This document shows positions 46,120-59,051 of a stretch of 64,000 nucleotides of DNA, piece after piece; positions within the stretch are counted from its first letter, which is position 1; every line of letters begins with the position of its first letter. The stretch comes from Bugula neritina. Lineage: Eukaryota; Animalia; Bryozoa. Under the pieces are notes generated by a model. The model worked only from the letters and a program-made list of their open reading frames with translations. It had not been told where the DNA came from and did not search any database. The DNA lies in contig OZ037773.1 in NCBI GenBank assembly GCA_964035545.1, forward strand, positions 124,001 to 188,000, given 5' to 3'. Both the position numbers and the translations under genes were made by a program.

Positions 46120-48029
46120 TTAAACTAACTGTGTAAGACTTTTCTAACTTTTCCATCCTCATCTCAAGGCTATTATTGGCGGTAGTCATGTTTTTGATCA
46201 GACTTTCAATATTTGACAACTTCTCTGATGCGGCTGTGTTAACAGCAATCACTGCTAGACTCCCTAAAGAAGCATCCTCATTTCCTATGGAAGCTGATTC
46301 AATTTGGGGACAGCATGTGTTACAAAACCATTAATTGATACCTTTTTTGTCGTTTTTGTCAAGAAAGCTTACATCAGCATTCTGAAGATCTTGACACATT
46401 CCATGGTACCATTCATGACAGAGGTCACAGTTCACCCATCTAGTATTTATTTTGTGCTGCTTTCCCTTTGAGTTCCTACCACTCATGTAGCAATCAGCCT
46501 CCTTGCAGGTCTTACAAGGCGTTTCAGCTGGCTTGTCAGTCTCATCATCAAGAGCAGGCATGCTTTTTCTTTTTTGCAATCCAAGTTTGAATTTATGCTG
46601 TGCTTATAATAGCATTAGCCCACACCCAAGGAGGCAAAGAAAGCGTGGCTTTTATGCAACTACAGTAAGGTTTGCTAGTCGTATCGTGTGAATGTTACCG
46701 TGCGCTATTAACACATTCTAGAACTATTCACTCTTAAAATCTATTACAAGATAGTCTATTTATTTTCCTTTTGGCCTATCAATGTGCATCTGATATCCAT
46801 AAATTTCCACACCACGCTTTTATATATTGCTAGGCGTTCACTTTAATTTGTCTTTAGTCACAAAGTTTTGCCTAATTACAGTTGTAATTTGCCATAGAAA
46901 TCATTTTATTATGGCCTATAAAAGATATACAGGTATTGTATAGATTCTATTTCTTTATCTATATAAAAAGTTTTTAGGGAGTCATTAGCTCTTGTATAAT
47001 CTATTAGACTGATTTAGCGATTTTGAGGGATCGCATTTTAGCTGCATTATTTACTGACCAATCTTCGCTGAAAAAGCCGATATTTAGCGTGAAAATATTA
47101 TTATTATGTGGAAAAGATATGGGATAGCTCGTTTTAGCTGCAACTAGTACTATCCTGACGCGCTAGGAAGTAAATACGGGCATTAAACAAATCTACTGCC
47201 TGGCTATCTGCTTATGATGGGCGTTAGTGACTATATTTTAATTTTGTTGTCGATTGGTGTGTTGCACTAGTATAGTAGTACGTAGAAGCTGTCATAAAAT
47301 ATGTAAACGTATACAAATTTATTACTAATTTAAATTTGAATATGGGTTTAAATTAAAATATTTTCATCAAATTCAATTTCAAGGACAAATGACATTTTCA
47401 TTTTGATTTAAATTTAATAATAATATTAATTGATTTTCATTTTCTTTTTGAATTTGACATTTAAATTTCAGTCATTATCACATTGAAGTTGATATTTATA
47501 TTTATTATCCATCACGATTTTAATTATCATTATGATTATCATTTGTGATTTGTCTGATTTGAATAGTAATGAATCATAATATAAATAACTGATTACAATT
47601 ACTCATTATGATTACTGATCAAACAGCAAATGCTGTAAGTGTAACAAGTACTACTACAAGTGCTAACCCTGGTCTAATAGTAATACAAGATGTCACTAGA
47701 GGCTTTCCTCGCTATAGGCGTTTCAGTTGCTGCGGAAGTCCTACCTCAACGGCTCAACTGAGATAATAATAAGCTGTAGTAATGATCATGATGCTATATT
47801 TTTTGTTATCATTGTGATTAACTAAGTGATTATCATTAATGACCATGATTAAAATATTCATTGTGATAATAATATTGATTGTGATAATTATAATAAACAC
47901 AATCACAATTCCAGTGATAGTGCTAATAGTTGTTGACTTATACTTCTAGTTATTCATATTGATATTCAATTTCATATTCCTATCGAAATTACAAACCTCT
48001 GTACAAGCTATGTGAAGTAAAGATGAATT

Positions 48030-48590
48030 AGGTAGACTCAGCGACATACTTTGGAATTGTAGCGCAGTCAAACCTTAAATTTTATCAGTATATTACACTT
48101 AAAAAGGATAAGGCCTCAAAAATTCTGGAAGCAATTAAACATGTTCTACATGATGCCCCAGAGAAGGTAAGCTACTGGCCTACACTAGTCTGTGCCGTCC
48201 CATTTTCAAGTACGTAGATACCGCATGATATCCAACAGTAGCTAAAGATATTGAGTTCATGGAAATGTTACAGCACAAGGCAGTGAGCTTTATTGCTGGA
48301 TTAAAGGGACGAGAAAGTGTCACCGAGGCATGTTCTTAGCTTGGCCTTCAGTCTCTCAAACAGAAACGCTGGACTCACCGACTGAATCTCCTCTTGAAAA
48401 TACTGCTAGAAGAAGAACAACACTCAATATTGGCAATGGCATACAATGAAATCACAAGAGATCGCCATAGTATGACAACCACTAGGTCAGCTGCCCGCGG
48501 TGAACTAACATTCATTTATGCAAACTCACAAGTATACCATGGTAGCTTCTTACCAAGAATCATTAGAGACACCAGAGGGTCCATATAAAA
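48030..48590 (+). pseudogene. 3' fragment of a LINE ORF2
   Basis: Degenerate similarity to the C-terminus of 40225-43032 (FIAGLKGR, YHGSFLPRIIRD). Confidence 0.75.
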
Positions 48591-51500
48591 GAATTTACAC
48601 AATTACCAACAATTAGCCCACACTGTAAAACAAATGAGGCGCTTTTATAATCTGTATTGTTTCCAAGTGTTTTATGTCATTAAAGGTATTCAAAGGTAAT
48701 AAAAAAAATGGTAAGGCAATTAAACTTCCAAGTTTCAATAGTAAACTTAATTTTTGGTTTAGTATGAGTATCAATATCATCAATTTAATTATTCAATATG
48801 AATTTAAATATTAATATACTAATAAATAGGAACATCATGATCATAATCATCATCATGGTCAACTTATTCACTTCCAGCTATTAATGATAATTTGGTGCAA
48901 GTCATTTCTTACACAAGTCGTTTACTACCCACTTTTTGATTTGCAGGTCGTTTCATTCAGCTACACATCAATATAACATTAAATCAACTAAAATACATAT
49001 TTTTCGCATTTGTTTTGTTATTTAGATTTGGGGTACAGGGTTTGAAGTTTGGGGTTCATTTATTATTCACTTTGTGTACAGCAGTTTGTGTACAAAACAG
49101 CCATTTTGTATATGACAGTAACCCATACAATAATTGTGATATAATAATATTAATAGTATAAATATTTATATTTAATAATAATACAGTTATACTAGTAGTA
49201 GGTCTAATTGTTACACTAATAGTAATGATCATACTATTAGCAATAGTAATACTAATGCTTAGTTATGCTTATACATATGTTATAGTTTTTACTCATTTAC
49301 CGAATACAATTTTTATTGAGCTATAACATAAGTATTTAAAGTCTCACAAAGTATTGCTGATAAAGTAGCTAATAATAGTAGTTTAATAATAATCACTCTT
49401 GCAGTTACAACTGATGATCATCCTTGTGCTCAAACTGACACATTAAAATTACATTTAGTTTTACTGGTGTCATGGCTCACCATGTCATACTATTGATCAT
49501 TTATTTTCATGGTTATGAACTTGAAACCCTTTATCAGTAATGACTATGAGTAAGAGTCATACTAATAGTCTAATACCATATTTTTTACCATTAGTAATAT
49601 TGTTATACTAATACTAATAGTAATATTAGAAGATCAATTTTAAGCTCTTGATTTCACTTTGTGTTCATTTTCAGGGAATACTTAAACCAATTGATGAGAA
49701 TAATTTTGATTAAATGCACAAAATCAATGAATGTAATTTACATTGACTGAAATATTGAGTTTTACTTAGTCTTACCCTTGCTTGTAGTTATAATAGCCTG
49801 TATTAGTAATAATATTGTAATGGAGCTTATACTGAAAGTAGTATCAATTTTAATGTATGAATACTATTTTTTCAAGGAATAGCTTAGAAGGCACCAATGG
49901 CAGAACTCAATAGCTAAAACTTAACACTAAGTTGGTTCTTGAAATAAAATAGATGATTGACAAGAATCTAATTACTTGACTTCCTGAAAATTGACTCGAA
50001 CTGTAAGTATTTGTTGCTTTCCTAGTATTTCATGTGTTATAATAGCTGTTGATATATGCTGGATTATTTTGGTCTGTAGTTGACACTGAGTTTATGTACC
50101 CATTACTTTATTATGCTGGAGGGTCTAAATCACTTTTGAATTATGATAAAACTTTTTTGTTTGACTTATTTAGGATATTTGTGTAGTGAGATACATTACA
50201 TAATATTATATTACATTTAACTTTCTAATTGTATTCAGCAAATCTATTTTTGTATATAAAGATAAATTTTAAAATAGGTAAAATTAAATCTATTTAATCC
50301 AACTGTGCAATCCATTTAATGAAACACTACTTTCTGCTAGTTGTATATATGAGGGCAATTCAAAAAGTAAAGATAATTTTGCCGTAAGTCAAGTTGTAAT
50401 CGAATTAGGGACTTGATTTTTTTCAGCATAATTTCTTGGCAAGCGAATACCTTTCTGTCATTTTGGTACTATCGTTTTTATTCCCTCAGCATAAGATTCG
50501 GTAGATTGACTCAGTAAAATTTGCTCGAAGTAGTTCGGACCTTGTCATGAGTCTCTTTGTAAATGAATGGTTTCGGTGTGAAACTTGGAGCACCAAAAAA
50601 ATGGTACTTACAAGGTGAAGGACTAAGATCCTCCAATAGTTAGGGACCTAGTTGATGTTCTCAATGGTTTGAATGGCAGATTATGGCCTTCCAGTGTCTT
50701 TGTGGATATTACACTGTAATTACATGCCTATTCTCTTCTACTTACTCTCTTTCTAAACTTAGATGTAATACACTGTTTATTAAATTAGCAAAGTTGTCGT
50801 TCTATGCTGTTATTTTCCTGAATGCCTGCCAAAAGTCTCTGAAGTCTCCAAATTGGTTGGTCTAGCCGCCTCTTCTGCTATTGGCCTACCTGACTCAGGT
50901 TCACTCTCCAAAGACGTTGTTCAATCCTTAAAACTGTTAGCCCATTTAAAAACTTGGTTTTGGTTTAAACAGCTGTCACCATATTAAGCTGTCATTCCCC
51001 TATAAATTTCATTTGGTCTGACGCCCTCATTTGACAAAAACTTTAATATAGCTCTCTGTTCAATGTGAGCGAATTTTTAGTGAGGCTGCCCTCATTAATT
51101 ATACACTCTTAAATAAAAAGTATTTCCTCAAAACTGTTGAAATGATTACTATGTAAAGACAACTTTTGAAACAACATAATATTGAAAACGAATTACAATT
51201 ATACTCTGTTTTATAAAGAAATTATCTTTACTTTTCAAATCGCCCTCATAATTCTTTAAGTAAGCATTATGTGTGTATGTTGCCTAGGTAAAATACTTGC
51301 CTATTCAAGTATTTTTGAGTCATTGGTTTTAATTATCTAAAACTTGCTTAGTCTGTGACTTGGTTTGCTTTGGCTTGCTGTTACCTCAACAGACTTTGGT
51401 CACACTGCTTTCTGTTGTACACACCAATTCATCAGCACTCATTTGGTAAGCAACTTCATACAATATAATAGTAACACTAGCTTTTAGAAATTTCTCTCCT

Positions 51501-51595
51501 TTTACCATTAATTTCTTCCATTTTTAAAAATTTTTTCCTGACAGGTATATTTTAGTCTATGAGCTGTCTACTATAATTTTTTTAATTTTAGGAAA

Positions 51596-54500
51596 ATGAA
51601 TTTTCCCTGGATAACCATTTTCAAAGTATTGCTAGCATCTAGCTACACACTGGGTGAGTTAATATTTCTAAAGCTAACATCTCCAGTGTTTGTTAAGTCT
51701 GGTTCTTACTTTTTAAATGAATCGTTGTAATGACAGCTCTATTCCCTTCAGATATGATTCTTATGCTCACACAACTGTGACTAATGAAATACCTTGTTTC
51801 AACTTGTAATGTTTGAGGAATTCTAATGTGGCTGTTGGCTAGTTTAGCAGTTACTTTCTGTTGGTTTTCATGCGCCTACGGAGGCTCTCAATAAATGAAA
51901 CAAATAAATTAAAGACGCAGTAAACAATCTACTTAGTTTAAAAGAGTTATTTCTGTTTTTGTTGCCTTTTCATGCAGTACATGATGTCATAGGTCATGCA
52001 GTATATGATGCTATAGGTCATGCAGTATTCCTATTTCAAATATACTTTTAGCCTTGAGAACGGGTAAACTTGAAACCAATCCAAAGTATGTAATTAATCA
52101 TCTTGGTTATCAATTCATTTGTTTTGTTTGTTTTTGAATAGAATGTTATGTAGCAGTCAGAATCACTGGCTTTCCATGGATCCATCTCACTGAGATCCAT
52201 TTGAGATGTGCTCAGATCGATCTTGCATAGTTGCCTCCTCTTAAGTGAATAAATTTTTTAAGGATAATTTTTTCACCCACCCAGGTGATTAAAGCTACTT
52301 TGATTAGAAAACAAGATTGTTGCCGTATAGAACTATAAACTACACGCAGCAAAGCTTTTAGAGTAAAGTAATTTTGCCAATTTATGATGATTAATTTTAA
52401 TTTTTTAGCTTGACAGCTTATATAAAATTAATAGCTGTTGTGCAGACTATTCATAAACCTGCAGGATTGTTAGGCTTGAAATTACCCAGCAAATAACTAA
52501 TGGAAGTAAGATTTACTAGTCACTTAAATTCAATCTAAATGCTCCCATTATTTGTTTCTTCCACCATCTATAATTTCATATAATTCAGTTTTCTTATTCA
52601 TTGTACTAAAAGCCAAAGTTTTGGCATCTGAAAAAGTGCCTCTTGTAATTATTAAGTACTTTGCTTAGCAACTAGCCAAGTTATCAATTTTATTAGACAA
52701 CATTTTAGCGAACAGTCTTTTTCTACTTCTCAGATCGATCTGGCATCTTTCCATGGTTTTATTGTCTTGAGATTGATCTGAGTTCGATCTCTACAGACCC
52801 ACCAGGTCAGATTGATGGAGATCGATCTTTGCCGTCTTTCTTAGTGAGATCGATCTGAGATTGATCCATGGTTAATCACGGGCTTTCCATGTACCGATCT
52901 CAGATCCATCTCAGCGAGATCGATCTGAGCACATTACTCAGATCGATCGTTTTTCCATGAGAGTGTCAGATCGATCTCTCGGAGTTGCCTCCTCTTAAGT
53001 GAAGAGCACTTTAATAGTATAATTTTTTCACCCACCTGAGTGATAAAAGTTACTGCTTGTGAAAAACAAAATTTTCATAGTCTAAAATTTGACGTCAGCT
53101 ATAAACTCTACGCAGTAAAGCTTTTAATATGAAGTAATTTGGCCAATTTAAGATAATTGATTTTAATATTTTAGCTTGACAGCTTATATAAAATTAATAG
53201 CTGTTGTGCAGCTTATTCATAAACTTACGGGACTAATAGGCTTAAAATTACGCAGCAAATAACTAATGACAGTGCGTTATACTAGTCGTTTAAATTCAAT
53301 TTAAATGCTCTCACTTTTTGTATCTTCTACTGTCTATAATTTTACATAATCAAGTTTTCTTAATCATTTTACTGAAAGTCAAAGTTTTGCCACTTGAAAT
53401 AGTTGCTATCTTAATTATTAAGTACTTTGCTTAGTAATTACCAATAAGTTATCATTTTTATTAGCAGATGACATTTTAGCGAGCAGTCATTTTTCTACTT
53501 CTCGGATCGATCTTTCATCTTTCCATGGTCTTATTGCCTTGAGATCGATCTGAGTTCGAGCTCTACAGACCGACCAGCTCAAAACGACTGAGATCGATCT
53601 TTGACGTCTTTCCATGGATTGATCTCCCTGAGATCGATCTGAGATCGGTACTTGGAAAGCCGGTGATTAAGTTGTGAGAGTTGGACAAGAATTGTGTTTT
53701 GTTTTGTTTGTTATCAAAGTGTTACATAACAGCCAGGATGAGTTAGCCAAAAGTCATTTTTTCATTTTTGCAATGTAGGTTCTGGTGAGCTAAACTGTTG
53801 AATCTATTTATGTTTAGCTCAACCATCTACAGAGATAGACTACAGTACTCCAAGCTCACCTGACTTCTATAAAGATGAGGAAATAACTTTCACATGTGAA
53901 GCAACTGGTTATACTGATCTGAGAAGCTTACGGTTACGATATATAGCTGATGGAGACAGTACAATCTATCAAAGTGGATGTAGTCGAAGTGCTGATGATG
54001 ACACAGTATGGGAGAGTGCACCATCTCCAGATATTATTACTGTCTCTGGAATAGAAGGACCTGGAGTCAGTAATGCATACTGTAACTCAGATGGTAAACC
54101 TGAAGGGTTCACTCTTTCTGTGCAACTCACTGCAACTGACTCGACACTCAAAGGGAAGTTCTACTGCAGAGGGTTTGAAGGAGGAGGTGTTGGAGAATTT
54201 CTCTCCTCAGAAGTTTCAATGGATGTCAAAGGTGAACACTTCAAACTAGTTTCTTTGGTCACTGATAGCCTTTATATACCACTTTAGCACTTTCTAGTAC
54301 AACTTCTCATAGTTTTTAACTAACTTCCTCTCTTTCTCCCTCATAGACAAATTTAACTGTTCCCAAGATTGGTATTATTGGTATTGAAATAGTATGTTTG
54401 CTATGCATTATATGGATAGTGGATAGTATTTGTTTTATTTGGCCTTTGTCTTCCAGCATCTCATGGAAGGATCAAGTGATAAAATTTAACTTTTCCCATG

Positions 54501-56433
54501 ATGGTGGTAGTTAGTTAAATCAAAATAGTATATTGGCTATCTTTGTTGGGTAGAGGGCAAATTTTAGTTTATTATACCTTTGTTGGAGATTTTCTGGTCA
54601 GGATCACATAAGGATATCTGGTTCACATGTAGTTTCAGATAACTGTTATCATAAGCAGACTTGGAATGTTGTAATGTTGCCATTTAAATTTACACTTTTT
54701 ATTGCTACAATTTACCCAGGATATAGCACATGGCCTTTACTGCAGTCCTAACCTAATTTACAATACAGCAATGCATCTGTATTTGGAAATGTATATTATG
54801 CATTCTTTCATTCTACAGTTGCTCCAACTGGCATATCACTTAATAAACCAGAGACTATTATAGAAGGGGAAGAATTTACCTTTGATTGTAACTCTACAGG
54901 AGCAGATCCTGTGTCAGTCTATGAATACAGTAAGTATATACATGTCTAAATGTTATGCAACAAGCTTTCCCCACCTTTCTATCTAAGAAACTAAAAACAA
55001 ATTAAATACCATAGCAGTGATAAAAAATTTTAAAAGATCATCTAAAAGGTCTTTTGTTATATTAAACTGAAATTTATAAGAATTCAGGAGAAACATACTA
55101 TTGTATTAATTGGGTATCGGTATTTTATTTTAGTTCCAATTCAATAACCAATAATATTCATCTAGCTTTCGCATAATCTTAATTGAATGATTATTGGGGA
55201 AAATAAAAAATGCACATGGATCATTTCTGGGTGAAGCTATCATAAACTTGCGCTTGTAGATTTTAGTTATAGTCTTCACTATTTCTTTTGTAGTTTTTTC
55301 CCTAACTTTGAATGTCTAGTATACATGCACATGTTTTATTTATCAGAGGTAAATGGTAAGGCAGTGGCTGGAAAATATACTCCCACTGAGACAGAGAGAA
55401 CTGAACTAACTTTATCCTGTACAGATACGAAACATTCTAACTGGAAGGGAGGGAATACTCAACAAACTGTTGCCATCACACCACAGTGTAAGTAAGCACC
55501 ATGAATTTGTTAATATCGCTTGAGTGTGGAAATTGTAATTCCTATGTAATGTTTGGAATTTTATTTTATTGCATTATATTGTTGTAGACTTGGCTAAAAA
55601 GCCTGGTGTTCAAGATCCAATTGTGAAAGAACTCAACCCTGGACAACCTGATGCTAGACTAGATTGTAGCCAACATGTGGATGCTAACCCACCACCCTCT
55701 ACGTTCACTTGGACATATAATGGAGTTGTTACCACAGAAACATCTAATGAGCTAACTCTGGATTCTCAAAAGAATGGTGTAACAGAAACAGCTTCATGTA
55801 CAGCTAACAATGGCTTATGTAAGAATGAGTACTTATATAATTTATAATGATTGTTTCAAATGTTTTCTAAGTTTTAAATTAACTTTTTCTACACAATTTA
55901 AAAACTGTTTCAGCGAAGACAGTGGCTATCAAATGGAACATAACATGGGATAATGCGGCCACAATACTCACATCCACTACAACACCCACTCCAACTACTG
56001 TGAACAAGGGAGGTCTGATAGGTGGCATAGTTGCTGCTTTAGTCGGAGTGATAGTGGCAGTAGTAGTCTCGGTGGTAGTGGTTAGAAAATCAAAAAGTAT
56101 GTTTTTATTATCCATTGCTAGAATTCTAATTTAATAGTGTAATTGTAGTAGTCTTTGTTATTTCTTAATTGGGTGGGTGATAGAAAACTGAGTAATACTG
56201 GAGATAACCTTGCATTTAGTATAATTGCAGTAAATATAAACCAATATATGTATTCATTTTTAAAGTCTCCATCCCTGTGAGTCGTGAGAACTTCGTATAG
56301 AAAGTGGTTTCAACTAAGCTAAGGACTTGTTTTCTGTAGTAGCAAAAGGAAGTTATGACTCAATACTGTTTTAGCATCACCAATCATCTTTACTTTGAAT
56401 AATTGCAGCAACAAAAAAATATATATATATATT

Positions 56434-56522
<89 letters not shown>

Positions 56523-58054
56523 ATCACACTAGCCAGTTGGTATCGCATATTCTTCGGATGCTCCACCAGATAATCAATAATCCAACGTCAAAAAAAAACT
56601 AATGTAACACCTGAGCAACAATAAAAGGTTGACGAAAAAGATTAGAAAAAGAAAATATTCAATTGCAATTCCTTGCAAATAGCTTATGCAGTAGAGATTT
56701 AATTGGCTGATAACTGTTTAACTGGCCTACCTTTCAGTTTTACCTTAATCATTCCAATAAACAGTACATTATTGAGAATAGTGAGTGGGATTTAAAAATT
56801 TAATAATTTATACCACAGCAGTAAAGCCATTGGTCACTTAAGTTTTACTTGTTTTGCTTGTGGCTTTAAGCTAAAACGGAAATGAAGTCATTAAAGTTCC
56901 ATCTGATTTTCTAATTGCCACTGCTCTGCTCCACACATGGTTGAAGTCATTCCAATCTGTTTTGTACAGATTAGTTTCAGTTTGTCAAGCTTTCATTTTC
57001 TCTTTTGTTCAATTTTAGTAAGGAGGGCAGTAGCAGATGAAGGTAAAACATAGTTAGACACCAGCTAGCTCACACCAATAATCACAGTTTGCATATGTGA
57101 CCATTTTCCTCGTGTACTTCTAATTATAAACATCAGTTTGAAAGTTCTAGATTAATGCTTTAGTATAGGTGTTCCTTGTACAGCCTTTGGTAATGTTGTC
57201 TGCTAATACAAGTTCTTACAACAGACTTACCAAATTGCATTTGTATTCTGCACAGCTGCGTTTTATGGGTTTGAGTTGGTAAAGTATAGTGAAAAATTGA
57301 GATAACTAGTTCAACTAATGTTTGATTCAGGCCACGTTTGCCCACCATTTCACAGCTGGTTACATGTATTGAAACCATAACATATTAAACTGGGCTGTTT
57401 TCTCAATTATCAGTCTCGGTTGCTTTTCTTCTGCCCAGTGTTGGCCAATTGGAGTATTGATATACACTGAATTTCTCCATAAGTGTTCCTCCACTCCTAA
57501 CAGCAATTTAAAGTTTAAGCACTTACAGTTCTATGTACAATGTTTATAAATTAATGCTATTAAACCAGTTGGTTTTACAATTAGATTATTAAATGGATTC
57601 ACGATGATATTTTGGTAGATAACATTTTATTTTTTAACCCTCTTGAGTGTTGTTTTCACTGGTACAACTAGTTCAGTTGTAATGCAACCATGTGGCATTA
57701 AGCTTTAAACTTTTAAACCAGCCCAGTGTGTGTTGCATTAGCTAAGAACATGATGCAGTAAAAGTCAGCAATAATACTGTGTGGACTGCAGAGTAGAAAT
57801 CTTACAGTAATTCAGGGCATGTGCAAAACATTTGTTATAAAACAATTTTTAAGCATACAACCCTGTCTAGTGATCTGTAGATAGTAGCTAATATGTATAT
57901 GAATGTTTCAAAATGTGTACGTAATTTTATATCAAATATTTCAAGCTGTGGACCTCTCAAATAAGTATTTCTAACTTTCTTTATTTTGCCATCTGCAGAA
58001 AGAAGACTCCGGTCGGACGCTGAGAATGCTGCAGACTCCAAGGAAAAGAGGTGA
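51596..58054 (+). CDS. Ig-superfamily type I membrane protein, copy 2 (signal peptide, 3 Ig-like domains, Thr/Pro stalk, TM, short basic tail; about 397 aa)
   Basis: Exons 51596-51653, 53818-54231, 54819-54929, 55347-55487, 55588-55818, 55914-56096 and 57999-58054, all GT-AG and phase 1, joining into an open 1194-nt frame. The last exon could instead splice onward at AG|GTGAGA. Confidence 0.85.
52161..53668. mobile_element. Tandem dimer of a ~750-bp MITE with AGATCGATCT subterminal repeats
   Basis: TIR AATCACTGGCTTTCCA / TGGAAAGCCGGTGATT; second unit starts at ~52874; absent from copy 1. Confidence 0.7.
56419..56519. repeat. (TA)n microsatellite
   Basis: TA tract. Confidence 0.9.
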
Positions 58055-58277
58055 GAGTTTAAATGTTTTTCACAGATTTACTGTTTGTTTCACAGATTTA
58101 GCAAATGAGTAAAATTTGTTGAAATATTTTTGGCACATTTTCAAAAAAAATTAACTGGTCAAACTCTAAAGCTTGTTTAGTGTCACCCTAAGGCCTAAGC
58201 TATTAACAAAATCTCACTCCTCACTGCTTTGACTTCCATTTTCACTTTTTAACTTCAGTGTACATTCCTTACTATAT

Positions 58278-59051
58278 CTGCATGTACACAGGCCGATTTT
58301 GTGCTAGTCGATTTCGCTATTGCTGATTGCAAAATCGGCCAAGAAATTCAGACGATTTTTATGTCCCTCGTTATTTGTCTGCTTGCGCTTTATTGGCGAT
58401 TGGCTCTCAGTCTATATAACTTTCTCAGGTTTACGAGCAAAGGTCAAGATCAGTTGTATTTGCCTTGGCGTAGTAATCAATCAAAATATGGCGACTTCAA
58501 CATTTCTGTTTATTCTGATGAACTAATAAATAAAAACTGAATAAAATAAACAGCTTGCTGCATTTGAAAATTGCGTAAAAATTCATCTCTAATTTTGTAT
58601 TAAATTAAATAGCAAATAGCTGGCTTGGTAGCTATTTATTTAACCAGGTTTAATGTCTATAATTATCCATAAATTACTAAGCTACACTACATTAACATCA
58701 CTTACCAGATTTTTTAAGCTATTTAGTTTAAAACTAGAAGTTTAACTGAAACGTTATTGCTTATAATATAGTCAAGGAAAACTCTAGATCTCAGCAAATC
58801 TGTTCTCTTAAAAAAAATTAAGTTGTAAAGTTGAGATGTTAATACTAGTTACATGAATATAAAACAACAACATATAAACTACAAGTTATAAATTATATTA
58901 TAAGCGAGTAAAAGTTAAGAATAATACCAGTGTTCTATTTAAAAAAGCAATATTTAAGGAATTTCCATGAAAGTGAACCGGACTTTTACTCACGTATAGT
59001 CAGACAGCTTATCGGCTGATTTTAATGAAAAATCGGCCTGTGTACACGCAG
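58278..59051. mobile_element. MITE (possibly PIF/Harbinger-like)
   Basis: ~23-bp TIR CTGCATGTACACAGGCCGATTTT / AAAATCGGCCTGTGTACACGCAG. Confidence 0.65.

Larger units (their letters stand above)
42951..46579 (-). pseudogene. LINE ORF1 (PHD finger, coiled coil, RRM-like region), disrupted
   Basis: CKTC...WVNCDLCHEWYHGMC...*WFCNTC; in-frame stop at 46331; 2.5-kb insertion; NAIVYGIEE and RPRPIKVEF motifs in the 3' part. Confidence 0.75.
40061..46700 (-). mobile_element. CR1/L2-like LINE (PHD-type ORF1, EN-RT ORF2, short tandem-repeat tail), interrupted by a DNA transposon
   Basis: 3' tail (CAAGTAAGT)3 at ~40061-40089; ORF2 40225-43032; ORF1 pieces 42951-43566 and 46124-46579. 5' boundary approximate. 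Confidence 0.85.
47223..58060 (+). repeat. Segmental duplication, copy 2
   Basis: Colinear with 10464-27745. Confidence 0.9.
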
